Below are positions 63,148 through 64,000 of a stretch of DNA of 64,000 nt, in pieces (positions within the stretch are counted from its first letter, which is position 1; every line of letters begins with the position of its first letter). The position numbers and the translations under genes are program-made. The notes beneath the pieces were generated by a model, which did no database searches, was not told where the DNA came from, and saw only the letters and a list, made by a program, of their open reading frames with translations. This DNA is from Bacteroidales bacterium (GTDB taxonomy: Bacteria > Bacteroidota > Bacteroidia > Bacteroidales > Muribaculaceae), in the NCBI GenBank assembly GCA_004552485.1, contig SFOH01000008.1, positions 590 through 64,589 on the forward strand. The letters are read 5' to 3'.

Positions 63148-63906
63148 TTATGTGCTTGGTGGCGATGGTGGCACCGGAGGTGGTGCGTGCGAGCGAGATG
63201 TAGAGACCGGAGGAGGGAGGCGCGGTGTGGTGTAGCTCTCGATGCAGGTTCTTTCGTGGGTCCAGCCGTCCTCAACGTCCATGCGGGTGTCGTCGCCGAG
63301 GGCATTGAGGCGGTCGATGAAGTCGGATGCGGTGGTGACGCTCATGATTCGGTCGGCGGTGCCCATGACTGTGTAAACGGGCGTCTGCGCCACATTCTCG
63401 GCGATGCTTTTCGATGGATTTCCGGCAACGGGCATGGCGGCGGCAAAGAGGCCGGGGTACTCCGACAGCATACTCCACACGCCGGTGCCTCCCATAGACC
63501 CTCCGAAGATATAGACGCTGTTCTCATCAACACTTTCCTTGGCCGTGTAACTCTCAATCATGCGCTTGAGCACATAGAGCATCGGGCCTCCCCAGGATTT
63601 GTCGGCGGGGCACTGGGGCACGAGCAGCGTCGCAGGCATCTCAGCCGCTTCGATATAATTGGCGATGCTGTCGATTCCCGGCTCGCCCATTTGGGCGGAG
63701 TTGTCATGGCCTTTGCTGGTTCAGCCGTGTAGATAGATGATCAGGGCGGTCTCCCTGCTATTCGGACCGGCGTTAACGGCTTCGCGGAACGGCATGCGGA
63801 TATTGCCGACGCTTATCTCGCGCTCGGAGAAGGTGAGGTTGTTCGCGGCGAAAGCGTTCACGACCCCGAAAAGGATGCCGACGAGCGGCATCCAGTTTCG
63901 GAACAT
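63148..63906 (-). pseudogene. Secreted alpha/beta-hydrolase (carboxylesterase/phospholipase-like) with an in-frame TGA and a likely damaged 3-prime end
   Basis: Signal peptide MFRNWMPLVGILFGVVNAFA. ...ALIIYLHG-TGA-TSKGHDNSAQMG... is continuous in one frame (TGA at 63721-63723). Nucleophile elbow GGSMGG. The tail after GWTHERTCIESYTTPRL is P-rich junk. Another frame reads SGLYISLARTTSGATIATKHIK-stop, which resembles the end of a T9SS CTD. Confidence 0.7.
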
Positions 63907-63944
63907 ATTACTGAAAAACATAATATTACTGTCCGCTAAACCAT

Positions 63945-63982
63945 AAAAAGTCGAGTCCAACTTCTTGAATGGCAGAAGTTGG
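63945..63982 (-). terminator. Hairpin (9-bp stem) plus T-run, probably terminating a minus-strand gene beyond the window
   Basis: Minus strand CCAACTTCT-gccattca-AGAAGTTGG then ACTCGACTTTTT. Confidence 0.45.
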
Positions 63983-64000
63983 GCTTACTTTATGTATAAG

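Noticed and set aside
1-64000. tRNA, rRNA, tmRNA, RNase P, transposase, integrase, prophage or toxin-antitoxin/defence genes.
   Set aside because: I found no T-arm/acceptor-like tRNA signatures or rRNA-like conserved blocks in the intergenic regions. None of the credible ORFs has a recombinase, transposase, phage-structural, nuclease-NTPase or TA-like signature. This is absence by eye only; tRNAscan-SE, Infernal and DefenseFinder would be decisive.

Overview
This window looks like a chromosomal segment from a high-GC member of the Bacteroidales. That is an inference from several things: Bacteroidetes-type TTTG / TAnnTTTG promoters in front of most operons, the T9SS component PorQ plus cargo carrying a T9SS C-terminal sorting domain, an etfB-etfA-acd operon, nifJ, a split chrA pair, and DUF4250/DUF4290/DUF3737 genes. 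Positions 1 to about 56.1 kb are densely packed housekeeping genes: folC, a UvrD-type helicase, mutS2, nifJ, lpxH, plsC, ligA, a 1763-aa alpha-2-macroglobulin, gmd-fcl, ispH, cmk, etfBA-acd, ileS-dksA-lspA, fabG, rimM, tig and proABC. From about 56.2 kb to the end the sequence is visibly lower in GC and reads as an accessory block in decay. It holds a C10 (streptopain-like) T9SS-cargo protease with at least six lesions, an intact GT-C glycosyltransferase, a frameshifted acyltransferase-3, and an esterase with an in-frame TGA. Two core-region genes (U32 family; PEGA/WG-repeat protein) are also broken, apparently by internal deletions. I see no rRNA, tRNA, CRISPR array, transposase, integrase, phage or recognisable defence genes, and I did not find a convincing novel multi-gene protein system. 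The most interesting material is non-coding. (1) A preQ1-I-like riboswitch sits in front of a yhhQ-type queuosine-precursor transporter. (2) An orphan promoter-plus-terminator unit (about 90 nt, no ORF) lies at 16.62-16.75 kb. (3) A GC-rich, hairpin-rich REP/MITE-like repeat family occurs at three loci (14.0, 40.1-40.6 and 62.7-63.0 kb), as a tandem array at one and an inverted dimer at another. (4) A paralogous promoter module with two 21-nt tandem direct repeats precedes two secreted-protein genes. (5) CATTCCT heptamer arrays bracket a HAD gene. (6) 22-bp perfect inverted repeats lie symmetrically around the palindromic repeat next to the surface-modification genes. Short-motif coordinates were read by eye and may be off by a base or two. 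GC statements are visual, not computed.
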